Positions 23,201 to 36,052 of a stretch of 64,000 nt of DNA are shown in pieces (the stretch's first letter is position 1; every line of letters starts with the position of its first letter). A program made the translations under genes and the position numbers. Below the pieces are notes generated by a model. It did no database searches and was not told the origin of the DNA. It saw only the letters and a list, made by a program, of their open reading frames with translations. This stretch comes from Sphagnum compactum (lineage: Eukaryota), in assembly GCA_965153455.1 (NCBI GenBank), contig OZ234493.1, forward strand, positions 1,984,001-2,048,000, written 5' to 3'.

Positions 23201-25489
23201 CATTCCTTAAAGTAGTGAAGGTAAAAGTCAACTAAACATTTTAAAATAATGGATTAGGTAGGCGGCTTACCTTATAACCACTCCTATTGATCCCTGATAA
23301 TTTTGGATTATTGTATTGATGCAATAAAATGTAACTATTAGCCAAGCGTTTGTTAATTTTACCTTTAACAAAAACACGACATGGCTATCTTTAAAACTTG
23401 AATGAAAAAACAATTACTAGATTTAATATCTCCATGCAAAAATGCTCAAATCATTTGAAATTACAAGAAATTAAATCTTCCTATTTTAAAAATGTGTTAA
23501 AACTATGTACATAGTTGTTTCCCAATTATTTGAACTAATTACAAGGACTTCAAATGCAAGACAAAAGGACTATAGGGTGGTTGATAAGGACTAACAATTG
23601 TTTGCCCATTGATATCAACTACTTGGTCCAAAGTGTTATCACCCATGTATGAAAGCCAATTCAAGGATGCATGGGTGCTAAAATGCAAAAACCTTGATGC
23701 CAATCATAGGTTTTGCAATTGTTTGTGCAAGCCTTCCCTCCACCTTAAAATGTCATAATTACACCAACATGAGATTCAATTTTCATTTTGATGAAATGTT
23801 GTCAATTTTATAAAAACATACACGTCTCAAACATTATTTCAATTCTTAGAGGTGAAAAATTGATCAAATGCAATTATGGTGGGCATGTTACACTAATGTA
23901 AGCTAAATTCAAAGTCAACTAGAATTGATTATGGCTTTTGTGGGCAATTGTTTGGATATGATGAAGGTTGACATGCCAATCTAATTAAATTTCATCATCT
24001 AAGGTTGATTGGAATTGATTGTGGCCATTTTTTTGGCCTAGGTTATTGACTAATGTGATGGGGATGGGTAAATTGAACTATTAGATTTTATATGGGTTGT
24101 CCAAGGTTAACTAAAATTGAACATGGACATTCTAATTTTTTTTTTTTCAAATGACCAATCAAAATTGAATGTGGTGGACAAGTCAAGCCAACTAAATTTG
24201 ATATGGATCATGCAAGGTGGACTAGAATTCATCTTGACTAGTTTTGTCTTGTTGGTTGATAACTAGCCAAAAGCAATTGGGTTGGACAAATCAACTTGAT
24301 CTAAAAATGATGTTTTCACTCATTCAAGTCAAGATGTAAACATTTTTCTTACAACGGAATTCAGTGATCTAGTTGAAATTCAAATTTAAACAATAACACA
24401 TCATTCAAGAATCATGTAAATGCTAACTATAATGCAACTACATAATAACTAATGAGAGAGTATTTTTAATATTCGAACATGCAATCAAAATTATGTTGAT
24501 TATGACATATTCATAGTCACAACTATCTTCTTAATGTGGAATTTCAAAAATAAAATAAAATGGTTTAGTTGCAATTTAAAAGCATGTGACAACTAGTTGC
24601 AAAACATAGATCGAGTTGGAAAAAGGGCCATTTCTTGTAATGCCAATAAGGATGGGAAAAAATAATCTTTTTGGGGGGGAAAGGTATTTTGCTTTTGGTT
24701 TTCCTTTTTAAGGTCTTTGTCCAAAGCTTAAACATAGTCTTAGGCTACTATTACACTAAAACCTAAAAGCCCATGACCATCAAAATTGAATTTTTTAAAA
24801 GGGAGCAAAAGACTGTCAAGGTAGAATTTAATTTTACACAAGGATTGAAGGATGAAAGAACCAAGGAAATGTGAATGGATATTAAATGCATTTTGAATAA
24901 TGTTTCATGGCTATTAGACTTTGTGCTATGTCCATATATTTGAAATGGGCCAAGGTTGGCACAAATAGGTGGGCCTTGGACAAGGTCCATTAAAACATGA
25001 GCCCAAAAAATGATTGTTGGTCTAAATTCTACCCCCCAATACCCCGATGCTTACATTGGATTTTTTTGGTTTTCAATTCAATCTAAACTTGACACCTTTT
25101 GGGGGGGAAGGAATGTTTTTTCATGTGAAATGGAATCTTTTGAACAAATTTTTGGGGAGTTATTACACAAATATGTAATTTAATTCATTTTTTATTTCAC
25201 TAGATTTTGAGTGAATTTGGAAAATTTATCATGGCAAAAGTGGCCAACCCCTTAGTAGACGGGGACAAATTGCTATGGATAAGTGAATTCATTAATATCT
25301 AATCAAATTGATCAATAATTGATTCAAAAATATTTCAACAAATTTAGTAATAATTCATTCACTAATTAACCTCCTTGTTCACAACTAGACTAAGTTAAAA
25401 ACCTATATTAAGCACCTAAGAACATAAGTTACCTTAGGTCACCAAGTCCATCAAATTTCGGGTGCAAGTGTGAAGGTTTGAACCAATGT

Positions 25490-26165
25490 TGTGCATGTAA
25501 GTGTCAATAGCCGTATGTATGGCATGTAAATCTAGTGTAAATGTAAATCATTTACATTTACACATCCAAATTTTTTACACATCCAAATCTTGTTGCAATG
25601 TACATATATGTTTATACACTTACACTTACATGAAGCTAGTGTAAATATTTGTCACATACATTTACACATCCCCATGGAAATGTTTTGGGATGTGTAAGTG
25701 CAAGTATAAATATTAAAATTATTTATAAAATTGTCCTATCTTTGGGCCTCCTTTCACCCCAAACCTTTCTTTCAAGGGTATCCATAATGTAAGGGAATTT
25801 ATTAGATTTGGGAATGAAATGCTGAAAATCATCATTTCATGCACAAGGTTCAAGATTAACATAGTGGATTTACAAGTAGGAAAAATAATGGAGGTGCTAA
25901 GAAAAAGGAGAAACATGGTGAAACTTAGTTCACCACAAAAATTAAAGTCCCCCCACCCTTGAATGTTGATTTTTTTTATTTTTTGAATATCCTCAAGTAA
26001 AATCACATTTATTAATATTGTTATGTATTTACATTGTTTTATTAGACTACATAAAACTATATAAAAATTTATTTTTACACTTACACTTGCATGGAATGTA
26101 AATAAATTTCATCATGGGATTTACACTTACACAAAATGAAGTCCCACACCATTTTACAAACACAA
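25490..26165. repeat. Degenerate TGTAA(G/A)TG / (T)TTACAC-motif element, likely a decayed DNA-transposon derivative
   Basis: Dense TGTAAG/TGTAAA and TTACAC/TTACAT motifs on both strands at 25496-25710 and 26025-26165. Confidence 0.4.
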
Positions 26166-26994
26166 AGGCAACCTTAAGTGAAAAATCAACCCAAAATACA
26201 ATACCCACATCAGAGTCCTGCATTGGGCTTGACAACGTTTTGCATATGCACAACGATTAAAAATGGCATGGGATGTCAAAATTTGGGATCAAAAGTCTAT
26301 TAAAACAAGTCGGACATAAGAGTTGACAGTTGTGTTGAATTTCCATGAATCTAAAATAATTCATGCATGGTAAGAAAAAATAATAATCAATGTTTGTTGT
26401 TTTTTTATAATTATGTTTCATCCAAAGTGTGTTAGGGTTTAATTTGGTGGTTTTGGGTGTTTGTAGGGATCAAGGCAAAATAAAGGAGAAGTTTGTTGCA
26501 AATGCAGTTCATGTTGAAATGTAATGTCACCATTTGTATGTTGCTCGTCATGTAATAAAGGCTATAAATGTAGCAACTGCTTACCAAGTTAAACATGACA
26601 TTATAGATAGTGATATGGTTTTAGGTTCCCACATTATATAGTTAGTTAATTCAGTTTTTGGACTACCCATTTTTTGAACTTTGGTCCTTTGATATATTAT
26701 AGAGAACTTTTTTTTTCATTGGGTTTTTTAACATTTTTTTATCCACCCATTTTTGTACATCTTTTATTAATATTATATTTTCTTCTAATCACATTATTTT
26801 GATAGCTATATGGTTAATCATATATGTTTTTTTTTTAATCATTGTCTTAATGTTTTAGGTGTAATAATCAAAACTTAAATAATCCCATAGGCACATTTTA
26901 TAATTAATTTGTGTAAGGTTTACAAAGATCAAAATGAACATTGTGCAATACCTACATCCTTTCTATTCTAATTCCATAAGGCCATTTCAAATAT

Positions 26995-27170
26995 GCAATA
27001 CCCACATATAGGTTTCGTAAATAGTTGTTGGTTTTTAATATCCATTGCAATACCCGCTTTTAAATATTATAAATAGTAGCTGATTTTTTTAACATCCATT
27101 GCAATACCCACATATAGGTTCGTAAATAGTTGTTGATTTTTAACATCTTTTGTAATACCTGCATATTGGT
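26995..27170. repeat. Diverged ~52-bp tandem repeat, about 3.5 units
   Basis: GCAATACCC...TAAATAGT...TTTTTAA(T/C)ATC recurs at about 26995, 27047, 27101 and 27152. Confidence 0.8.
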
Positions 27171-27587
27171 CTCCATTGCAACATTTATGGGATTCATGTG
27201 ACTTAATAAATCTAGTCTAAGTATCAACAAATAATGTCATAATTAAGGAATTACTAAAAAAATATTTCAAATAATGTAAATGATTGATTATCATATTTAG
27301 ACAATCATTTATTTTTTAATATTAATTAATTGATTATTTGGTTGAACCTTAATTATTCACATAATTAAAATTTAGATCTAAATATCAAATTGATAAATCG
27401 ATATTTAATTTATTATCTTAATTAAATTTTTTTATGTTGATAAATTATTCAAATCATTATTTTAGATAATTATTCATGATAATTAATTGTCATAAAATTA
27501 ATTTAGGTATATAAAGAGACATATTTTGGATACCAAAACCACTTATTGAATATTTTGAAATGACCTTACATGTGGGTTAGAGTCCTC

Positions 27588-27935
27588 CAATGGGTACCCA
27601 TACCCCTGGGTACCCAATACCCACCCATACCCATGGGTAAATGGGTGGGTAATGGGTATGGGTTTGGACGCATGGGTGGGTAATGGGTGGGTACGAGGGA
27701 CCCGGGCTTTACAACGACTGAGTTAACAGATTATAGGGCGACTCGTCATATAGTAGTCAGTACTATTTACAATAAATCATTGGCACGTCCCTCCTTTTAA
27801 AAACACTTCAAAGTATTCTTAAGTAGCTTTATTTTGATGATGGACTGATGGGTATGAGTTGGGTGGGTAATGGGCATGGACAAGGTGCCATGGGTGGGTA
27901 CAGTTGACCCACGCGCAGCTGTGGGTCGGGTATGG
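27588..27935. repeat. ACCCAT/ATGGGT motif cluster, resembling DNA transposon subterminal repeats; G-quadruplex-capable
   Basis: TACCCATACCC...TACCCACCCATACCCATGGGTAAATGGGTGGGTAATGGGTATGGG, with a second GGGT cluster at 27850-27930. Confidence 0.6.
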
Positions 27936-28304
27936 TAGTTTGAACTTTTCACATTTGTTCACCTCCATGTTTAAGGAACAAGTCTTTGGACCACTATTAA
28001 AATAATTGAAATGATTTGTCATCATATGTGATTAAAATAATTGAAATGATTTGTCAAATTCCTTATATGTTAATCGTAAATTATTCCTAGGTTAATTCAT
28101 TGGAAGAAATCTTTGTATTATACAACCATTCAATTTGAATCGATATGCAATTAATTTTCATTTGCATCCATGTTTTGTCATTTTGCCAACTAGTCTCCAT
28201 CCTTTTCAATCTATTCAATTTTTTATAATTATGATGCAATTACTTTGTAACTATTAAAAATTTCATCCTTCCATGTTGATTAACTTTTGAACTTTTCATC
28301 GAAG

Positions 28305-28923
28305 AATAGGCCTCCATATCAAATTAGTTGCAAAAGTTGTTCCAACATGGTTATCTATATGCGGTGTACTTATACTTTTGATGTACATTACAATGTTTTA
28401 AAATATATTAGGGTATATTTATAAACAATGTTATGTTTAAAGCATGTCAAATATACATTTTGCATATATTTTGGGTGGGCTAAGTAGGCTAAGAAAATAA
28501 TTAAATAAATAGTAGATGAATAGGTAAATGTGTACATGAATACGTAAGTAAGTAGTTAAATTAGGTTAATTATTTGATAAACAAGTGAAGTCATAATGAA
28601 GTAAGAGTATAAAGGTGCAGTCATAATCCAACAAGGTAAAAAAGGTGTCAGACTATAAAGAAAATAATCCAAATTAAAAAAATATTTGTGTTTTACCATT
28701 TAAAACCATGGAAATCATGGCAAGTTGTTTTTTATTCATATGAATGTCAAGGAATTCAAATTAAAAATCCATTTGATGAAATTTTAAATTTAAATTTATA
28801 TTAAAAACCTTTGAAAGTGAACACTTATTGCATCAGAAAAAAATAATTTTGCAAAGGACTATCAAAAGGACTCATATAATAAAAACATTTTGATGGGAAA
28901 AAAATTAAGAAGATAAAAACATA
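28305..28923 (+). repeat. Left arm, part 2, of the large inverted duplication (pairs with 53133-53751)
   Basis: AATAGGCCTCCATATCAAATTAGTTGC at 28305 is the reverse complement of 53725-53751. GAAGATAAAAACATA ending at 28923 is the reverse complement of 53133-53147. Confidence 0.95.
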
Positions 28924-28928
28924 CAGTT

Positions 28929-29174
28929 TGTCGCACTTTACCTGCATGCACTGGGACCATAACTTGTCCTACATATGTCCAAATGACTCATGCGAGCTCA
29001 TTTTCGACATCTACACTTCAATAGCTTTCCAATGATATAAAGAACTCCTCAATGCTAGGTGTTTTGACCCCTACAATCGAACTCTGGATTTTTGGAGTCC
29101 CGAAGGACTCTCAAATCCCCATTTCGGGAGTGTGAATCTCGTCCTCACACTCTCTTCAAAGTAGGGTTGCAACA
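28929..29174 (-). mobile_element. Short LTR-like remnant (internally deleted solo LTR)
   Basis: Inverted termini TGTCGCA...TGCAACA (TG..CA). The minus-strand start TGTTGCAACCCTACTTTGAAGAGAGTGTGAGG resembles abundant moss LTR ends as I recall them. No TSD was seen. Confidence 0.6.
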
Positions 29175-30821
29175 AAAAATGACAAAAATATAGCCCCCCA
29201 AAGTAAAAAGGGTCAAGAATTGAAAAAAACAAAGCCATCGAACATCACAAAGGCCAATTTTTTAACACCAAAAATATTCTTTGTATGTTGTTCTCTTGTT
29301 ATTAGAGTTTCAAAGGTGATTTGTAGAATTTCATTTGGCATTCCTATAACACTTTAAATTGTTTAAAATGAATATGAAATAAGGAAATTATGAGGTTTGA
29401 AAGTAGGAGGAGTCCAAAGAAAAGAAAAGAAAAGAAAAAATCTTTTGTAAGTTGAAAAAGCTTATTTTCCTTCTTGTTATTCTATTTCATTAATCCTTTT
29501 TCCTTTGCACTTCCAAGATGATTTCTACAAAGCTTGAGGTAGTGCTTTGATAACATTTTAAATTGCTCAAAATGAAGCACATATGATGTACATATAAATA
29601 AGTGTTTGGTCATAGGTAGGAGTTTGGTGATGGGGCCAATCTACCTTACCCGTAGAAAAATTGATTTTAATTTTCTTGTCCTGTCATACCCGGCAAATAT
29701 AACAAGAAATATATAAAATCAAAATGCCCATCAAAGGAAGCATTTTTTTGCTTTTCAAAATGGCCTGCCCTTTTCCAAGCAAAAAAATCCACGAGATAGA
29801 ATGCCTTCCACATACACTAGTTTTTTTTTTTGGGGGCCAATGTGCCGTTACGGAAGTAAAGAACGAGTGCCAACCCTTGATTCACAATTCTCAAAAACAA
29901 TAGAACTGATCAAAATACCCTACCTTGCTATTTCCTGACTTTCACCCTTTCAAAACACACCTCATATCACCATGGTCGACCTTTTGCAGGCGACGATCGA
30001 TTTTTGACATAGTGAAATATATGATCAACCTAATACAAGTGGTCGATTTTTGACATGGAGAGATTTTGACATCTAGTTAGTTTGAGCTAATTTAATGTCC
30101 TATAATTTCTCTCTTTTTGCATTTTTTTCAATTCCTTTGTACATTTTCCAAATCTATGGTGTGTTTTATGAATAAAGTTTTGATAAAGTTTTGGTGGGTT
30201 TCATCATCTTAAATTTCTCAAAGAATGATGTTTTACATCTTAAAAGTTTAAGAGGATTCATGGCCAAAGAACATTCATTCGGTCATGGATGTCATTTTTA
30301 AATAATACTCAACATTGTGTGTCATATATATATATTCTTAAGTTAATTTTCAAGTTCCATTAGGAAAAGTCCCAAAATAATCCCAAAAAAAGTAAATCCA
30401 AACCATTCTTCATTTTCCTTTCACTAAAAGTATTGTTGTTTCACTCAAGAAAAAGAGTATTTTTCTGGAAAATTTCATCATTTCTGAAGAACAATAATGT
30501 AATTTGTGCTGAAGCCACCCAAGGTAGTAAGTAGTAAGTAGTAGGTAAGTAGTAAGGTACTATGGTAATGGTCCCCAAAAAATTTTAGACTACTAATGAA
30601 CATGTTGTGTTCTTTTATTTCCATGTCAATTATTTCCCACCCATAAATAAATTAGTACTCTGGAACCAATAAACTTATTAAATTTGAGATCCTTTAAAAA
30701 CCCCACCCCAAAATAATCACTTCCTTGTTTTTCAAATTACACTTTAATTGGCCGTTCTAAGTAGGCCAAGGACATATTAATTTGGTAGGAGGGGGGGGGG
30801 GAGGGAATCAATAACATCAAC

Positions 30822-31043
30822 GCCACATCAACGCCACATCAGGGCCATGTCAGCGCCACATCAGCAATTAAAAAAAAAGCATTGAAGATGCTGATTTAAA
30901 GTGGCCATTTAATGAGAGGTGACGTCACCTGGTTTAAATATGATTAGATTTTATCTTGAGAGCCTGTGTGGAAGGAAGTCAGTAAATCGGCGGACGGAAG
31001 TGTGGGGGGGGGGGGGCCCCAACCTCACAGTTTACCACGTGGC
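30822..31043 (+). promoter_or_regulatory. bZIP-type cis-element cluster upstream of the DUF630/632 gene
   Basis: Perfect palindrome GTGACGTCAC at 30919-30928 and G-box CCACGTGGC at 31035-31043. Three GCCACATCA and one GCCATGTCA at 30822-30864 look like deaminated GCCACGTCA. Confidence 0.45.
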
Positions 31044-31555
31044 AATACCGGATTTGCCACTCTCGTTTGGCGGCTGTACTGAAGATACACACTGTCATCA
31101 GAATTTACTTGTGTTGAGAATAATTTATTATTATTATTATGTACGATAAATAATTTTTTTTTGTGACCAGTAAAATAAATGGCTTCTTGTCGTTATGCTG
31201 TCTTTTGAAAAGCGGGAGAGGGGAAAAAAAAAAAAAAAAAGAGAAAAAAAAAGAGGAAAAATCCATTTTAGCTTCTTCCATTGGTTGCTCTGGAAATCAG
31301 CTTATTTGATTGGCTAATTTGGGGCCCCCAAAAAACCAAAAAGAAAAAGAACCCCCCAAAAAAAACAAAAAAACAAAAAAAAAAGCTAAACCGAACTCCA
31401 AAGTTACCTTTGGGAACGAGGGAACGAGGGAGTTGCAGTGAGCGCGAGCTTGCTCTGCGTCGTTTGCAAGGTGTCCGTGTTTTTCGAAGATGCCGGATTT
31501 TGCAGTCTTGTGTCTGTTTCGCTAACACCTTTCAGCTTGCTACGCAGTCGATTCT

Positions 31556-31558
<3 letters not shown>

Positions 31559-31594
<36 letters not shown>
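31559..31594 (+). repeat. (AG)~18 microsatellite in the predicted 5'UTR exon of the DUF630/632 gene
   Basis: Perfect AG run, followed by donor AAG|GTAAGG at 31687. Confidence 0.9.
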
Positions 31595-31595
<1 letters not shown>

Positions 31596-32653
31596 ACAAG
31601 GGACGGTGTGCAAGCTTAGCTCAATGCTTAATAGCACCAGTCGGTGTGGGGAAAAGTTCAGAGAAACGACTTCTCTGATTTACAAGGTAAGGTTTCTGCT
31701 ATGTAACTTACGTATGCGTCCGTGCTCAAGTAGCTTTGATTTTTTTTACGTTTATTGTGGCTGAGTGTACTCGGTGTTGGAGTGGAAAGTATGTTTTCCG
31801 AGAAGGGTAGGTAGGCTCGTGTGCATTAGTGTGCAGAGTGAAGGTGTCTTGTTCAGCTTTTGCTTATGTTTGATTCTTTTGCTCACGTCTAGATCTTCAT
31901 TTTCTTTTATGAGTCCGTAGAATCCCTGTAACACGCCTGTGGCGAAGCCTGCCGTGAGAAAAAAAACTTGAAGTTGAAGTATTCATTACGTAAAAGTTGG
32001 AAACACATTGTGGAACTTTTCGTTGTCATCTTCTTCAACCTGTTTTTTTGTTGAGAGTAACAACATATCACGCTTGATTACACTGTATTTCGAGCTGCGG
32101 ATGTCGCTTAGTGTTGGGTTTTGAGGATTATTGGCACCAATGCATCAGACTAAAAATGTCTCTATCCATTAGGCTGCTCTGATCACAGTTGTGGCTCTCT
32201 CATTAGAGCAACTTAATAGAAAACCAGTGATACAGGGCTTTGTTTGTATGAACTGGGCACTGCCCATTAGAGAGCTGCAACTGCATTGAAATGATGTATG
32301 TGATCAATATTAGGAACTCCGAGAATTCTTTCTCACTGTGAGATTAGGGGTCCGTTTTTGGTTGCTAAACGGAACCTCGTTCATGAAGCAATGCGTTCTA
32401 CAATGTGTTTGACATGTAATCCATTTTTCACTGCAAGAACTGAGCATAGTTGTGATGGAAAAAAACAATGCTACCAAGGAAAGGGAGTTGAGGAACAAGA
32501 ACATTAAGCTATCTTTGATCGTTTCCAATAATGACTTGAAAATTTATGCTGAAGTATTTGTGAAGTTTGGAGTTGTGCAGTAGGAGGCAGTTGAGCGACT
32601 GTGGCATTCTTACAAGAGATATCAGGGACCAACTTTTCTGTTGGTTTGAAAGC

Positions 32654-35600
32654 ATGGGGTGCAACAATTCTAAAATTCACAGTGATGAGGCAGTGGCGCG
32701 ATGCAAGGCACGGAGGCGCTTTATGAAGCAGGCAGTGGATTCTCGACATGCTTTTGCTGCCTCACATGCTAATTATGTCATAGCTCTCAAAGGTGTCGGC
32801 TCTGCATTAAGGCAATTTGCAGAAGGGGAGGTGAAGGATCCGGCAGCTGCAGGGACACCCTCGGATGCTCCATCCTCTTTTCTTTTGAAGCCTCCACCAC
32901 TCCCACCTATGTCTCTTAATCGTCGATCTTCCTCCCTTTCTTCATCCCCACATCTCCTTCGACATAGGAAAACATCTTCTTCATTTCAATCTCCAGAAAT
33001 TGAAGAAGTCTCATCTGCTCCCCCACCTCTCATCACTCCAATTGGTTATGACGAGGACTGGAAATACTCAATTCAAACTCCTCCATCCCGTCAAGGGCAG
33101 CCTCCTCCCCCTCCACCCATTTCCCAAAGCAGCTGGCGTGACCTATTTTTGGACCCGTTTCGCCCATCCCCAGGACCTTATCAGTACAGTATGAGTACAC
33201 AGGGGGAATCTTCACTTCATGACACTTTTGACACCAATTACCAGCATGGTGAAGAAGACCATGACATACCAGACCTTGAAGATGTGGATACTGATGGACC
33301 TGCTGCAAAGGTAGCTTGTCCCCCAATGTCTCCTTTATGTTTGAAATTGATAATGCACCTGTAAGATCTTATAGAGACCTATACATTGTGTTCTTTCTGC
33401 AGCAAATCAATCATATGGTGATGGATGTGATCAACTGCAACCGCGAGGATGGTGTTTCCTTCATATGTTTTTCAAATTCATTTTGTTCACATGTGATCCC
33501 TGCTGACGATAGTGGTGTTCAGTTTATGCGATTTATTCTGAATTCAGTTGGGTCAATTGTTTACAGTTTACTTTACCCAGGCAAGGTGTGCGAGAATCCT
33601 CTTTGTGGGAAGCATGATGTAGATTGACCTTCCACTATTTTCATGAGGAGTAAAGTAGTGGTGTGAGCCTTGTATATCTCAGGATTCTGATTATTACCAG
33701 AAAGAGGACAATGCAAGAGCCATCACAAAGTTTGAGCAAGAGCCAAGTGCAAGAAAGGAGAATATACTGAAAGGCGCTGTAACAGTAAACCGGGAGCTGG
33801 CCATGGTTATTCAAGAGCAGGGAGGTCGAGACTTGGTTGATGTGCTCAAGGAGGTTGATGAGTTGTTCTTGAAGGCTGCTGACAGTGCTGAAAAAGTTTC
33901 CCGCATACTTGAGACCAAGAAAGTTCATTACCACTCCAGCTTTTCAGAGAGCTTACAAGGTCAGCTTGTATGGACCCTTAGGTGTAGTGGTGACAGCTTA
34001 CCTTTTATGGGTCACTCTATAAGGAAAGTTCACCTTTTCTCTTAACAAGATTTTATTGCTTACAGATTTTCCTGGTTGTTTTGCCATCAGATTTGTTTTT
34101 CTAATCCATGGTGCATAGTTTCTTCTGGAATGAACAGGGGTTGGAGAGTTAGCAAGGATGTCATTCTGGAAGCTGTCTGGACCTTTTGTTCATCAACGGG
34201 CTCCTAGCAACATGAGCATCATAAGTGAAGACTCTGCCAGCATAGGTAGTAGCATGCGAAGCCTTGGTAGCTTCCGCAGTACTGCCTGGGCAGAGGACTG
34301 TGGCATGGCTGGCAGTCTTGTGTCTACTTTTGACAGATTGTATGTGTGGGAAAAGAAGTTATACTTGGAAGTCAAGGTTTGTCTTTCGAAAACTACCATC
34401 TTGCAGCTTCTGAGAGGTGTATTTTTTTGGTCTCATAGTTGCATATATGTGAATTTTGGTTTTCAATTGCGTTTTGAGAAATAAAGATGTCTCTTCTTTC
34501 ATGTTTCTTATGGAGTGCATGGGGCATGTGCAATCAAAGCTGCTGAAGACATTGATTCAGTTCTGTATTTCTCTTAATACAGAACTGTTGCTGGCAGGCT
34601 GAAATCTAACTCTTGTGCTTTATGGTTTCCTTCTTCTGAGAAACAGGGAGCAGAGCATCTTAGAACAGAGCTGGAGAAAAAGTATCAATTGTCCAGAACC
34701 CAGGATGCCAAGGGGGAAGATCAAGTAGGTGTTGAAAAAACACAGGCTAGCATTAAGATGCTGCAGACATCTATGGCGGTTGCGATCCAAGCTGTAGATG
34801 GTGCTGCAATTGAAATTCAGAAGTTGAGGGATGATGAACTCTACCCACAGCTCTTGGATTTACTTGAAGCGTAAGGAAGTTCCTCCTCTTTTTGTTGAAC
34901 TCTCTAGGCTTTTCACCCTAAAGCAAGTACTATTTCATGAAGATCATTTGACTTTGGTATCCTATTCTGTACTTACGATGTGAAATTTCTTTCTTAAACA
35001 GGATGATGATTATGTGGAACGATATGGCCATTACTCACGAAGCCCAAATCAAATCTGTTGAAGCCTTTAAGAGGCTTGGTAATGCAGCTGCCTCTGAGCC
35101 AACAACCAGCTTTCACCGGCACTCTACTGTTGAGCTGGAAACTGCTCTGAACAAGTAAGGTTTCATTTCTCAAGTTACTTACCCTTGGTACACAAAAATC
35201 TCATTCAAAGAGTCATTTTCCATATCACTGAACTTGAGGTTGTTCTCAGTGTCTTCTTTCTAAAATTGTTAGGGCAGGTTTACCTTTGGCATTCTACTGA
35301 TTTTGAATGGTTAATCTAGGTGGACTGTAGGACTGGAGAGAGTGGTGAGCACTCAGAGAGACCTCCTGAAGAACTTGACAGGATGGTTGAGGATAAGCCT
35401 GATGCAGTTCCCTGAGGAGATGGATCGGGCAGGATCATGTTCACCAACCCAATCCTCTGCTCCTGCACTACATAGTGTTGGTGCTAGCCCAATTTATTCT
35501 CTGTGCCAACAATGGCAAGCTTCAATGCATCAGTTACCAGATCGTGTTGCTTTGGAGGGAATAGCTGGGTTTGCAGCAGTAGTTCGTGAGATGTTGAGAC

Positions 35601-36052
35601 TCCAGTGGGAGGAGCTGAAAATCAAGAAACGGGTGGAAACTTTTGCAAGAGAGCTGGAAAAGCGAGAATTCTCTCTATTCAGTACTTCTACAAGAGAATC
35701 ACCTTCACTACCACTACCTACTCATCCTCCTCGGTCTCCAGTGTCCTCGAGCGAAAGTGAGGATCATGAGTATGCTCTGAGCATGACTGTCAGAGAGGGG
35801 CTAACTGAGCGAGCAGACATTGTTGAGCGAAGACAGCGCGTGGAGGCTTCTAAGAGGAAACTTGAAGAGGAACAGGAAGCAGAGAGGAAGGCATATTTGA
35901 ATACTAGGGCCTACACTCTCAACAGCTTACAAACAGGTCTTCCATACCTGTTTCAAGCTGTGTTTAACTTCAGTATTGTTCAAGCTGACATCTATGAGGG
36001 ACTGTATGCCCTTGAAGCCAACAGTAAGATTGCTAGAATCACTGACAAGTGA
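32654..36052 (+). CDS. DUF630/DUF632 family protein (NRG2/APSR1/REL2-like), 6 coding exons, about 760 aa
   Basis: The DUF630 N-terminus MGCNNSKIHSDEAVARCKARRRFMKQAVDSRHAFAASHANYVIALKGVGSALRQFAEGE is followed by a Pro-rich linker. DUF632 motifs include LKEVDELFLKAADSAEKVSRILET, STFDRLYVWEKKLYLEVK, KLRDDELYPQLLDL and LNSLQTGLPYLFQAVFNFS. Exons 32654-33310, 33683-33959, 34138-34376, 34647-34870, 35002-35154 and 35320-36052 are all GT-AG, phase-compatible, and total 2283 nt. Confidence 0.95.

Noticed and set aside
31268-31764. ORFs over the poly-A and AG tracts (31268..31528, 31281..31559, 31404..31637, 31438..31764)
   Set aside because: These are low-complexity promoter/5'UTR sequence of the DUF630/632 gene.
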